Assembly (NCBI GenBank): GCA_965223415.1
Contig: OZ245002.1
Location: forward strand, 4,416,001 to 4,480,000
DNA from: Myxococcota bacterium
GTDB taxonomy: Bacteria; Myxococcota_A; UBA9160; UBA6930
Direction: 5' to 3'
Length of the DNA: 64,000 nt
This document shows, piece after piece, positions 49,022 to 58,589 of this stretch (the stretch's first letter is position 1; each line of letters begins with the position of its first letter). The notes beneath the pieces are model-generated. The model was not told the origin of the DNA. It searched no databases and saw only the letters and a list, made by a program, of their open reading frames with translations. Both the position numbers and the translations under genes were made by a program.

Positions 49022-49954
49022 GTGGCCACCCTGCTCATCATCGATGATTCGCCCCAGCAGCGCGCCGCCCTGCGGGACGCCCTGATGGAGGCGCAGCTCT
49101 TCGAGCAGATCCTGGAGGCCGAGGACGGCATCCAGGGCCTGAAGCTGCTGCTCTCGGAGCCAGTGGACCTGGTGGTCTGCGACCTGGAGATGCCGGGCCT
49201 CGACGGCGACAAGCTCATTCGGATGTCCACCTCCGCGAAGGCCCGGGCCGTGCCGTTCCTGATGCTGACCGGCGTCGAGGACGCCAAGCGGCGTGCGCGG
49301 CTGTTTCGCCAGGGCGCCCGGGATGTCATCACCAAGCCCTTCCACCCGCTCGACATGATCGCGCGCATCGAGCTGCACCTGGAGCTGATGCGCCTCCAGG
49401 ACGAGCTGGTGGAGAAGAACCAGCTGCTCGAGCGCCTGTCGACGACCGATCCGCTCACCGGCCTGCCGAATCGTCGCCACCTGAACCAGGCCCTCGATCG
49501 CGAGTTCCGGCGGGCGCGTCGCCAGAGCACGCCGCTCTCGGCGGTGATGGTCGACATCGACCACTTCAAGGCGGTCAACGACCAGCACGGCCACGCCTCC
49601 GGCGACGCGATGATCCGCGCCGTCGGCGAGGCGCTCACGTCCCGTCTGCGCGCCACCGACGTCGGTGGCCGCTTCGGCGGCGAGGAGTTCCTGATGCTGC
49701 TGTGCGGGCCCGCCGAAGGCGCGCAGGTGCTGGCCGAGCGCTGTCGCGCCGAGGTGGAGCGACTCGTGGTGGACGCGGAGGACGGAACGCCGATCCAGGT
49801 GACCGCGAGCCTGGGCGTTGCCACCTACAGGGAGTCGATGGCGACGCCGGAGGCCCTGGTGTCCGCCGCGGACCAGGCCCTCTACCAGGCCAAGTCCCGC
49901 GGCCGCAATCAGGTCGTCGTCGACCCGGCGTCCCTGGAAGCCGCCGGGGATTGA
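49022..49954 (+). CDS. Receiver domain-diguanylate cyclase
   Basis: IIDD, DLEMPG, KP; DPLTGLPNRR, DIDHFK, GRFGGEEF. Confidence 0.92.
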   Translation: MATLLIIDDSPQQRAALRDALMEAQLFEQILEAEDGIQGLKLLLSEPVDLVVCDLEMPGLDGDKLIRMSTSAKARAVPFLMLTGVEDAKRRARLFRQGARDVITKPFHPLDMIARIELHLELMRLQDELVEKNQLLERLSTTDPLTGLPNRRHLNQALDREFRRARRQSTPLSAVMVDIDHFKAVNDQHGHASGDAMIRAVGEALTSRLRATDVGGRFGGEEFLMLLCGPAEGAQVLAERCRAEVERLVVDAEDGTPIQVTASLGVATYRESMATPEALVSAADQALYQAKSRGRNQVVVDPASLEAAGD

Positions 49955-49972
49955 GCGCGGCGCCGGCGCGAC

Positions 49973-52336
49973 TCAGCCGTCGGCGAAGAAATCCCGCGCC
50001 ACCTGGGCCGCGTCTCCCGCGAGCTCCTCCGGCTCCTGGCCGCCCAGCCAGGTGTCCGGCAACAGGCTGCGATAGGGCTCGCGCAGGAAGCGGCGGCCGA
50101 AGAGTGCGACCACGCCGCGGTCCTCCGGACCTCGCAGCAGGCGGCCCACCGCCTGCACGACGCGGACCATGCCGGGCACCGCGAAGGCCGCGTCCCGCCC
50201 CTCGCCGAGCCGCTCCTCCAGGTGCTCGGCGAGCAGCCGGCGCTCGAGCGTGGGGGGCGGCAGGCAGGGCCCCACGACCGCGACCGCCTGGAGCCGGTCT
50301 CCCGGGTAGTCGACGCCCTCGGTGTACAGGCCTCCCGCGACGGCGAGCAGGAGCACGTCGCGTCGCACTTCGAGCAGCGCCAGGCGGGCGCTGCGTTCGG
50401 CCTCGCCGTCGCGGGGCGACTGGGCCTCGACGTAGCCCCCGTGCTCCGGCAGCGCGCGCCGGATCTCGGCGAGCACCTCGTGGCTCGGCAGGACGGCGAG
50501 GATGTTGCCCGGGACCGCAGCCGCGAAGCCGGCGAGCCGTTCGGCGATGCGCGGGAGCTGGCGGGCGCGGGCCCGGAACGAGGTGTCGACAGTGGGGTCG
50601 ATCACGACCCGCTGGCGGTCTTCCGGGGGCGGGCCCGGCACGTGGACGACGTGGGTGCGGTCCGGATCCAGCCCGAGGCCGTCCCGGTGGAGCGCCGCCG
50701 GCTCGAGGGTGGCGGAGAGACCGATCAGTGCGTGGAGCCCGGCGAAGCGGTCGCGCAGCCGCGGGGACGGGTCCAGCTCGAGCCGGCGCAGCGCTGGCTC
50801 CCCGCCTTCGAGGCGGCCGACGAGCGTGACACAGCCCGGTCGCGCCCGGCCTTCGGCGAGCTGCGCCACACCGAGGGCCAGCTCCACGAACGGATCCGGC
50901 CCGCCGTCGAAGCCTTCGGTGCCGGAACGGATCAGGCTCTGCACCACCACCGGCTCCAGCTCCTCGGCGAGGCGAGCCAGCGCTTCGTGAGGGTGGGCGT
51001 GGAGCACCCAGCCGCTGCCTCCCTCCAGGCCGGCGTCCCGGGCGCTCTCCTCGAGCAGGTTCAGCGCCCTCTCGGCGAGCTCGCGCTGGGCGCGGTGGTG
51101 GGGATCGCTTCCGAGTGCCGCGCGCTCGAGCGCCGCGCGGGCCCGGCCGGCGTCGAGGGTGAGGCTCCCCGCTTCGCGCGCCCGCTCGAGCAGGTTGTGG
51201 ATTTCGTCCACGACGACGATGGCGCCCTCGAAGACGTCTTCGCCCGCATGGCTGCGGAGCGGGTTCGGACTCACGAGGTGGTGGACGTCGGCGACGCTGA
51301 TCGGCATCCGTTCGCCCGCCGTGTGGGCGAGGCCGTAGGGGCACACCCGCTCGCGGGTGCCGCGCTCGAGCAGGGTCTCTCCCTGGAGCACGCCTTCGGC
51401 GAGCAGCTCCTCCAGCACCGCTTCGCCGCGCTCGCCCGGATCGGCCGCCAGCGCACAGGCCGCCTCGTGGCACCAGACGACGCCGGTGGCGCAAAGATCG
51501 CGCTTGGCCCGGAGCTGCACGGCGAAGGGCAGGTCCGGCGGCGCCATGTGTGCCAGGGTCGCCAGGGGAAGCCGCTGCTGGGTGCGGCGGGAGGTGAGGT
51601 AGAAGACGCGTCGGTCCTGCTCCAGGGCGGCGCGGGCGACCGGCAGGAGCGTCGCGGCCGTCTTGCCGGTGCCGGTCGGCGCCTGCAGGAGCAGGTGCTC
51701 GCCGTGCTCCAGGGCGTGCAGGGCGGCGCGGCGCATCTCTTCCTGGGCGGGGCGCCAGGTCGGGTGGGGCGGTGTCAGGCGGCCGGCCGCCTCGCGACGC
51801 TGGGCGAGGCGCGCGGAGCGGGCCTCGACCGCGGCGAGGACGTGGTCCAGGCGGTCGCGCAGGCGGGCCTCGGTCTCGGCCTCGCTCCAGGTGAGCGGGA
51901 TCCGGCTCGGCGCGTCGTCTTCGAGGGGCCACCAGACCAGGCAGGCCTCGGTGCGCCGTCCCGTCTCGCGGGCCAGCATCCACGCGTAGGTGGCGGCCTG
52001 GAGCGCGTAGGCCTGGGCCTTGGGGCCGCCGGGCTCGAGCTTGCCGATCCCGGTCTTCACCTCCTCGACGAGGAGCGGTGTCTCCTCCGCGCCCGCGAGG
52101 CCCTGGACCCCGTCCGCCCGACCGCGCAGCTCGACCGTCCAGCCCCGGTGCAGGAGCTCCGCGCGGAGGGGATGCTCCGCCCGGTAGGTCGGGTCCTCGC
52201 CGAGCCGGAGGTCCTGGTAGCGGCGGTGTCGCGACGCGCCGAGGGCGCCGCCGAACGGGCTCGGTGCGCCGCCGCGCCCGGAGAGCGGCGCGCGCACCAG
52301 GGACCCGAGCGCCAGCTCGGTGACGGCCAGCTCCAC
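49973..52336 (-). CDS. DinG/XPD-family Fe-S helicase with N-terminal PD-(D/E)xK nuclease domain; start uncertain
   Basis: GRADG..VEEVKT, QAATY; APTGTGKT, Cys cluster, DEIH, SATL, EGVDY, QAVGRLLR. Confidence 0.88.
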   Translation of the reverse strand: MELAVTELALGSLVRAPLSGRGGAPSPFGGALGASRHRRYQDLRLGEDPTYRAEHPLRAELLHRGWTVELRGRADGVQGLAGAEETPLLVEEVKTGIGKLEPGGPKAQAYALQAATYAWMLARETGRRTEACLVWWPLEDDAPSRIPLTWSEAETEARLRDRLDHVLAAVEARSARLAQRREAAGRLTPPHPTWRPAQEEMRRAALHALEHGEHLLLQAPTGTGKTAATLLPVARAALEQDRRVFYLTSRRTQQRLPLATLAHMAPPDLPFAVQLRAKRDLCATGVVWCHEAACALAADPGERGEAVLEELLAEGVLQGETLLERGTRERVCPYGLAHTAGERMPISVADVHHLVSPNPLRSHAGEDVFEGAIVVVDEIHNLLERAREAGSLTLDAGRARAALERAALGSDPHHRAQRELAERALNLLEESARDAGLEGGSGWVLHAHPHEALARLAEELEPVVVQSLIRSGTEGFDGGPDPFVELALGVAQLAEGRARPGCVTLVGRLEGGEPALRRLELDPSPRLRDRFAGLHALIGLSATLEPAALHRDGLGLDPDRTHVVHVPGPPPEDRQRVVIDPTVDTSFRARARQLPRIAERLAGFAAAVPGNILAVLPSHEVLAEIRRALPEHGGYVEAQSPRDGEAERSARLALLEVRRDVLLLAVAGGLYTEGVDYPGDRLQAVAVVGPCLPPPTLERRLLAEHLEERLGEGRDAAFAVPGMVRVVQAVGRLLRGPEDRGVVALFGRRFLREPYRSLLPDTWLGGQEPEELAGDAAQVARDFFADG

Positions 52337-52377
52337 CCGGAGAGCGGCGGGATCGGCGCGCGCGGCTCCCTCCCTTC

Positions 52378-52668
52378 TCAGTCGCTGCCGTAGGTGGTGT
52401 GCTTCGGGCGCCCGGCCAGGATGTTCTCCGCGCCCCAGCTCGTCACCTTGCGGAAGGCGTCCGACCGCACGAACTCCCGGAAGGCCTCTTCGCTCGTCCA
52501 ACGGGAGACGATCAGGTACTCCGGGTCCCCATCCTCGACGTTGCGGAAGATCTTCGATTCCTCGTGCCCCCCTGCATCGCGGAGGGCGCCGAGGACGCTG
52601 GCGCAGGCATTCTCGAAGACCTGCTCCTTGCCCGGCAGGACGAAGTAGTTCATGCCGATCGTAACCAA
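52378..52668 (-). CDS. Antibiotic biosynthesis monooxygenase (ABM/IsdG-like) protein
   Basis: YFVLPGKEQVFE, YLIVSRWTSEEAF..F..SDAF. Confidence 0.8.
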   Translation of the reverse strand: MVTIGMNYFVLPGKEQVFENACASVLGALRDAGGHEESKIFRNVEDGDPEYLIVSRWTSEEAFREFVRSDAFRKVTSWGAENILAGRPKHTTYGSD

Positions 52669-52693
52669 GGTGTCGCTCTCCGCTCGGTGCCCG

Positions 52694-52942
52694 CTACGAG
52701 CCCGAGGATGCCAGGAACTTCTCGAGGGAGCGCTTGATCTGGTCGGCGCGCTCCCCCCGCCACCCGGCCAGGGTGGCCAGCACCAGGAACGCCTGCTCCC
52801 GAAGTGCGTCGGCGCCGCCGGCCTGCACGGCCTCCAGGGCCCGGGCGGCGTGCTGGCGGACGTGAGCATGGGGGCACTGGTCGCGGACCGCCACGATGGC
52901 CTCCACGACCCCGAGCACCCGGGGCTCCTGCGTTCCGTCCAT
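52694..52942 (-). CDS. Small helical hypothetical protein
   Basis: ATG after AGGAG; 82 aa; co-oriented with the ABM gene. Confidence 0.6.
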   Translation of the reverse strand: MDGTQEPRVLGVVEAIVAVRDQCPHAHVRQHAARALEAVQAGGADALREQAFLVLATLAGWRGERADQIKRSLEKFLASSGS

Positions 52943-53063
52943 CGCCGCCGCGTCTCCTGGCCCCGCGGGGCCCGTGGCTGGTGGGGACGACACGGTAGCG
53001 GGGCCGGGACGGGAGGGCAGGGCGCCTCATGTCCGGGAGGCGAAGACACCGCGAACAGCCTCA

Positions 53064-53110
53064 GAAACGGAAAAGCCCGCCGGAAGGCGGGCTTCGTTTC
53101 GCGATGTGGT
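53064..53110 (-). ncRNA. Candidate short sRNA or leader ending in an intrinsic terminator
   Basis: TTGCCA-16-(TG)TATCTT promoter (53144-53117) followed by hairpin AAGCCCGCC-TTCC-GGCGGGC-TTTT. Confidence 0.4.
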
Positions 53111-53403
53111 GTTCCGAAGATAGCATGGGTTCTCGATCTGGCAAGGCCGGGCGGACGGTTTTTCACTCGAAAGCCCGTACCCGCCCTGGAGCGCCCGAAA
53201 GCGGGGGCCGGAGGTGCCGAAACCGCCGCTCCGGGCCTCGGAACCGTGGTCCTGTGGGGCGGGTTTTCAGCGGCGAATCGGCGGGAGCCACGGCTGCGCT
53301 GGCGAAACCGAGCCGAAACTCCGGGAAGTCACCTGCGCGACGCTTGCGGCTACTCACCGGCATCACCCCGGTTGGCCCCTCAAGTGGGGCGTGGAGGCCT
53401 GCC

Positions 53404-53817
53404 ATGGACCGGAGCCCTCGAGCCATCGACTGGAACGAAGCCCAGCCCTTCCGCGCGGAGGATCTCCACGCGGACGCGTGCGGTCTGGTGCGCGACGAGT
53501 GGCCCGAGGCCCTCGAGCGGCGCGGCAGCCTGCGCCGCAGCAGCGGCCTCCCGGTGCGTGTCCTGTGGGGGCAGGAGTCGGCCTCGGCCTCGCTCGAGAA
53601 CCTCTCGCGGGGAGGGCTGGGGCTGCGCACGGACGCGGGCTTGCGGCTGGGCGCGGACGTCCGGGTCGAGCTGGAGGGCAACGCCACCATCGCCTGGGAG
53701 TGTCGGGTCGTGCAGCGCCGCGAGGTGCCCCGCAGCCTGACCGGGATGGGCTCCGGCAGCGTCGGCCTCGAGCTGAAGGAGCTCTCTCCGACGCTCGAGC
53801 TCCTGCTGCGGGACTAG
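53404..53817 (+). CDS. PilZ-domain protein
   Basis: ERRGSLRR (RxxxR) and NLSRGG (D/NxSxxG). Confidence 0.75.
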   Translation: MDRSPRAIDWNEAQPFRAEDLHADACGLVRDEWPEALERRGSLRRSSGLPVRVLWGQESASASLENLSRGGLGLRTDAGLRLGADVRVELEGNATIAWECRVVQRREVPRSLTGMGSGSVGLELKELSPTLELLLRD

Positions 53818-53862
53818 AGCGAAGCGCCTCGCCGGCGTGCTTCCCTCTGCGCAGGAGGTGCC

Positions 53863-54372
53863 ATGCCGGACACGACCCTCGACGACCTGCTCGCCAAGGA
53901 CGCCATCCACACGGTGGTCCAGAACCTGGCACGCGGAACCGACCGCCTGGACCGCGCGCTCATCGCCTCCTGCTACCACGACGATGCCTTCGACGACCAC
54001 GGCGCCTTCCAGGGCAGCGGCGACGCGTTCGCGGACTGGGTGCTCGAGGTGCTGCCCCACTTCGCCGCGACCACCCACTTCGTGGGGGCGCCGCGCATCG
54101 AGCTGGCCGGGGACCGCGCGGACGTGGAGACGACCTGCGTCGCCCATCACGTGTCGGCGCCGGACGAGGACGGTGCAGTGAGCGACCTGGTGATCGGCCT
54201 TCGTTATGCCGATCGCTTCGAGCGAAGGGCCGTCGGTTGGCGCATCGCCCGCCGCACCTGCGTGTTCGACTGGACCCATACGGTGCAGACCGCCGGGGAC
54301 GATCGCTTTCCCTTCACCGAGAGCTACGTGCTCGGGCGACGGTACCCGGAAGATGCCTCCTACCGGCGGTAG
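53863..54372 (+). CDS. SnoaL-like/NTF2 family protein
   Basis: RGTDRLD...YHDDA.DDHG, RYADRFERR..WRIARR. Confidence 0.85.
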   Translation: MPDTTLDDLLAKDAIHTVVQNLARGTDRLDRALIASCYHDDAFDDHGAFQGSGDAFADWVLEVLPHFAATTHFVGAPRIELAGDRADVETTCVAHHVSAPDEDGAVSDLVIGLRYADRFERRAVGWRIARRTCVFDWTHTVQTAGDDRFPFTESYVLGRRYPEDASYRR

Positions 54373-55553
54373 CGCCGCAGGTAGGCCTCCCGGCGGCGGG
54401 TCAGGCGTTGCTTCCGCTCCTGCGGGTCGACCCGCGCCGCCTCCCGGTGGAGCTCGCCGGGAAGGCCGGCGCGCTTCACCGCGCGATAGCGCGGCTCGAT
54501 CGCCGCCTCCGCGTCCACGAAGCGCGCGATCAGCGTGCCCTTGCGGTGGCCCGCCGTGTCGAGCCAGTTCGCGACGCCCGGGTCGTCGTGGCTGATCACG
54601 GCCCGGAACACCCCGTCCGGGTCGAGGGCCGCCTGGTGTCCGTTCAGGGAGGACTGCCGGCCGGCGGGATCGATCGCCTCCCACCACCAGGTGGCGAGGG
54701 ACACGCTCCAGTAGCGGCAGGGCGGCGGGGTGAACTCGAGGACGACCGCCTCGTCGGGGCCGCAGTGGAAGTTGCCCATTCCGTAGGACTGACCGGCGGT
54801 GCCCGAGTGCTCGCCGCTGCGCTCCGGCGGCACGACGAGCATCGAGTTGGGCTCGCGGCCGACCATCACCCGGCTCATGTTCTCCCAGAGCTGGCCGCCT
54901 TCGTCGAGCCAGCGCCGCAGCCGGTCGATGCGCCGGGCCATCGCGTCGGGATCGGGGCGGGGAGGACTCACCGGCGCGCCGAGGCGCTCGATCAGGAAGG
55001 TGCCGGGCTGCTCGCGCTCCCAGTCCGCGAAGAGCTGGCGGAGTAGCACGAACTCGGCGCCCTCGCCGAGGGGCAGCCAGTTGCCCGCCCGCTCCGGACC
55101 GCCCAGGAAGATCTCGATCCGCCCGTCCGGCGCGACCTCGAGCTGCGGGAGGTTCAGGGATCCCAGGGTGCGCACCGCCTCGACCGCACCGTAGGCGTAG
55201 TGGCCGGCGTTCACCTGCACGTCGAGATGGCAGGCGCTGCCGAGCTCGCCGTGGATGCGGTAGGCGGCGTCGCCTCGCAGCGGGGCAATGAGGTAGAGGC
55301 AGTCCGGGTTGTCGAGGCCCCAGCGCTCGTTCAGGTCCATCATGCGCCCGAACTCCGGGTGGTCCGGGTCCGAGTGCTCGACGCAGGCGTTGATGCCGGC
55401 GGCCAGGAAGCGCAGCAGGTAGCGGAAGCCCTCGGCCCGGTCCTTGGGACCGTCGGGCACGCCGTCGCCCAGGACGAAGCGGCGCGCGTCCTCGAGGGTG
55501 GCGCACAGCTCGCTCCAGATCTCGCCACTCGTGACGCGCGGGTCGTCGGACAC
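54360..55553 (-). CDS. DUF1214 domain protein
   Basis: RAEGFRYL, GLDNPDCLY, RQLFADW, DPGVANWLDT.GH. Confidence 0.8.
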   Translation of the reverse strand: MSDDPRVTSGEIWSELCATLEDARRFVLGDGVPDGPKDRAEGFRYLLRFLAAGINACVEHSDPDHPEFGRMMDLNERWGLDNPDCLYLIAPLRGDAAYRIHGELGSACHLDVQVNAGHYAYGAVEAVRTLGSLNLPQLEVAPDGRIEIFLGGPERAGNWLPLGEGAEFVLLRQLFADWEREQPGTFLIERLGAPVSPPRPDPDAMARRIDRLRRWLDEGGQLWENMSRVMVGREPNSMLVVPPERSGEHSGTAGQSYGMGNFHCGPDEAVVLEFTPPPCRYWSVSLATWWWEAIDPAGRQSSLNGHQAALDPDGVFRAVISHDDPGVANWLDTAGHRKGTLIARFVDAEAAIEPRYRAVKRAGLPGELHREAARVDPQERKQRLTRRREAYLRRYRR

Positions 55554-55585
55554 GGCTCTTCCTCCGGCGGTAGGATACTCGCGTC

Positions 55586-56545
55586 ATGCACCGATTCATC
55601 GTCGGCACCGGCCGCTGCGGCTCGACCCTGCTCTCGCGCATGCTGGCGTGCCACCCGGGCGCCCTCTCGATCTTCGAGTTCTTCAACGGGCTAGACGGGG
55701 CCCGGCGGTTCGCCACCGAGCCGATGACGGGCTCCGACTACGCCGCGCTGATCAGCGGCGAGCAGCCCTTCCTCACCATGGTCTACGAGCGCGGCTACGA
55801 CGCGCCGGAGGTCCTCTATCCCTTCGACGCCCCCGATGCGCGCTACGGGCGCAAGGACGGGCTGCCTTGGATCCTGGTGTGCACGCTGCCCGCCCTCACC
55901 GACGAGCCCCACGCGCTCCACGACGAGGTGCTGGCCTTCGCCCGGTCGCTCCCGCCGCGCCCTCCGCCGGACCATCACCGGGCGCTCTTCGACTGGCTGG
56001 CCCGGCGCTTCGGGCGCGAGGTGTGGGTCGAGCGCTCCGGCGCCTCGATCGACTACCTGGGACCGCTGAACGCCTCGTTCGAGGGCGCCCGCTTCCTGCA
56101 CATCCACCGCGCCGGCGAGGAGGCAGCGCTCTCCATGCGGGAGCACCACGCCTTCCGCCTCGCGATCCTGCTGGCGAACCAGCTGCCGCCGGATCCCGGG
56201 GCGCCGGGGGATGCCATCGGCCAGCTCCTGGCCTCCCGCCCGCCGGCCCGCTTCTTCGGGCGCTGGTGGACCGACCAGGTGCTGCGCGGCTTCCGCGCGA
56301 TGCCGGCCCTGGAGCCCACCCAGTACCAGGAGGTGCGCTTCGAGTCCCTCCTGGCCGAGCCCCACGAGACCCTGCACGCCGTCGCCACCTTCCTCGACCT
56401 GCCCGACCCGGCGGGCGCCTGGCGGGACGAAGCCGCCGCCCTGATCCGCGGTACGCCCGAGGCCCGCCTCCCCACCCTCGAGGACGACGAGCGCGGCGCC
56501 CTCGTGGACGCGTGTCGCCCGGGCAATCTCCTGCTCGGCCGCTGA
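55586..56545 (+). CDS. Sulfotransferase family protein
   Basis: FIVGTGRCGSTLL, FLHIHR....ALS, VRFESL..P. Confidence 0.85.
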   Translation: MHRFIVGTGRCGSTLLSRMLACHPGALSIFEFFNGLDGARRFATEPMTGSDYAALISGEQPFLTMVYERGYDAPEVLYPFDAPDARYGRKDGLPWILVCTLPALTDEPHALHDEVLAFARSLPPRPPPDHHRALFDWLARRFGREVWVERSGASIDYLGPLNASFEGARFLHIHRAGEEAALSMREHHAFRLAILLANQLPPDPGAPGDAIGQLLASRPPARFFGRWWTDQVLRGFRAMPALEPTQYQEVRFESLLAEPHETLHAVATFLDLPDPAGAWRDEAAALIRGTPEARLPTLEDDERGALVDACRPGNLLLGR

Positions 56546-56563
56546 GCGGCTAGCATCGCCGCC

Positions 56564-58576
56564 ATGGCCGACGGTCCCTATTCCGCGCTGCTCTCACCCG
56601 GGAGGATCGGGCGGGTCGAGCTCCGCAACCGGATCCTGATGACGCCCATGGGCACGAACCAGGAGCGGGACGACGGCCGGCTCGGCGAGAGGATCCTGCG
56701 CTACTACGAGGAGCGCGCGAAGGGTGGGGTGGGCTGCGTCATCGCTGGCGTGGCGGCAATCACCTGGCCCGAGGGCGCCTGCAACCCGAACCAGGCGGCG
56801 ATCTCCGACGATCGCTTCCTTCCCGAGTGGGCCGAGCTGGCCCGCCGCGTCCACAGCCATGGCGCGAAGCTCGCCGTGCAGCTCCAGCACGCGAGCAAGG
56901 TCGCGCAGGAGGACGTGAAGGCCGGCCGGCCCCTGTGGGTGCCCTCGGTCCCGGAGTCCAAGCGCGGCGACCTGATGGCGGACCTCTCCCCCACCGAGCT
57001 CGCCAAGGCCACCTCCGCCTACCGCGCGCCCACCGCGAAGCTCGCCTACCACGAGATGACCGAGGACGACGTCGCCACCCTCGTGCTGCGCTTCGCCGAG
57101 GCGGCGGAGCGCGCCCAGCGGGCCGGCGCCGACGCGGTCGAGCTCCACGCGGGCCATGGCTACGTGCTGTCGTCCTTCCTCTCGCCCGCCTCGAACCGGA
57201 GAGGGGATCGCTACGGCGGCTCCGTCCCGAACCGTGCGCGCTTCCTCGTGGAGACGATCCGTGCGACCCGCGAGCGGGTCGGCCCCGCGCTGGCGATCTG
57301 GTGCCGCATCGACGGCTGTGAGTTCGGCATCGAGGGGGGCATTCGCGAGGAGGACGCCCAGCGTACCGCCGTGCTGGCGGAAGAGGCCGGCGCCGACGCC
57401 GTCCACGTGAGTGCCTACGCGGATCCCACCTCCGCCATCGCCTTCACCGACGCACCCCTCGTGCACGAGCCGAGCCGCTACCTGCCCATGGCCGAGGCGA
57501 TCCGGAAACGCCTCTCCATCCCCGTGATCGCCGTGGGCCGCATCACTCCGGATGCGGCCGAGGAGGCCCTTCGCGCCGGGCGGGCGGACTTCGTCGCGAT
57601 GGGCCGTGCGCTCCTCGCCGACCCGGGGCTCCCGAGCAAGCTCGCGGCCGGCGCGGCGGACCGGGCCCGGCCCTGCGTGTACGCCTATCAATGCGTCGGC
57701 AACGTGTTCCTGCGCGAGCCGGCGCGCTGCATGATCAGCCCCGAGCTGGGGCGCGAAGAAGAGCTGGCGATCCGGCCCGCAGCCGAGCGCCGGCGCATCG
57801 CGGTAGCGGGCGGCGGGCCGGTCGGCCTCGACTTCGCGCGACGCGCCGCCGCCCGCGGTCACGAGGTGACGCTCTTCGAACAGGAAACGGAGCTCGGCGG
57901 CCGGGCCCGGCTGGCGGCGGCGCTGGCGGAGGAGACCGCCGACTGGCTGCACTGGCTCGAGAGCGAGGCGCGCCGGGCGGGCGTCGACATCCATGTGGGC
58001 CGGGAGGCCACGCCAGAGACACTCCGCACCCTGGCGCCCGACGAGGTCGTGGTCGCCACCGGCGCACGTCGGGCGACCCGGCTGCCTCGAGGCGAAGGGG
58101 CGCCGGAGCAGCTCGCCGTCGAGGCCCTGCCCGACGTCCTGGCGCGGAATCCGCTCCGGGTCGCGGTGCTCGGTGACGACGTCATCGCGGTGAAGGCCGC
58201 GGAGGCGCTGGCGACCGGGGGGCACCACGTGCTGCTGCTGGGAGACGCACCGGACGGCGCCTGGGCGCCCCAGGTGGGGCTCCCGCGCCGCTGGCGCGCC
58301 TTGCACCTGCTGCGCGGGGCGGGCGCCGAGCTGGTGCTCGCCTCCGGTCCGGTGCGCGCCGAGCAGGGCGCCGTCCACTTCGCACCGGAGGGCGGCGCGC
58401 CCGAGCGCCGCGCCGTCGATCTCGTGCTGGCGGCGAACGGACTCACCGCCGCCGACCCCGTGGCCGCGGCCCTCGAGGCGGAAGGCATCTCGCCCCACCG
58501 CCTCGGCGATTGCCGCGGCCCCGTCTATCTCCAACGCGGGCTGCTCGAGGGCGCCCGCCTCGCGCAGGCCCTGTAG
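56564..58576 (+). CDS. NADH:flavin oxidoreductase (OYE / 2,4-dienoyl-CoA reductase-like)
   Basis: LRNRILMTPM, ELHAGHGY, R.DRYGGS, CVYAYQC, GGGPVG. Confidence 0.9.
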   Translation: MADGPYSALLSPGRIGRVELRNRILMTPMGTNQERDDGRLGERILRYYEERAKGGVGCVIAGVAAITWPEGACNPNQAAISDDRFLPEWAELARRVHSHGAKLAVQLQHASKVAQEDVKAGRPLWVPSVPESKRGDLMADLSPTELAKATSAYRAPTAKLAYHEMTEDDVATLVLRFAEAAERAQRAGADAVELHAGHGYVLSSFLSPASNRRGDRYGGSVPNRARFLVETIRATRERVGPALAIWCRIDGCEFGIEGGIREEDAQRTAVLAEEAGADAVHVSAYADPTSAIAFTDAPLVHEPSRYLPMAEAIRKRLSIPVIAVGRITPDAAEEALRAGRADFVAMGRALLADPGLPSKLAAGAADRARPCVYAYQCVGNVFLREPARCMISPELGREEELAIRPAAERRRIAVAGGGPVGLDFARRAAARGHEVTLFEQETELGGRARLAAALAEETADWLHWLESEARRAGVDIHVGREATPETLRTLAPDEVVVATGARRATRLPRGEGAPEQLAVEALPDVLARNPLRVAVLGDDVIAVKAAEALATGGHHVLLLGDAPDGAWAPQVGLPRRWRALHLLRGAGAELVLASGPVRAEQGAVHFAPEGGAPERRAVDLVLAANGLTAADPVAAALEAEGISPHRLGDCRGPVYLQRGLLEGARLAQAL

Positions 58577-58589
58577 CCAAGGGGGAACG

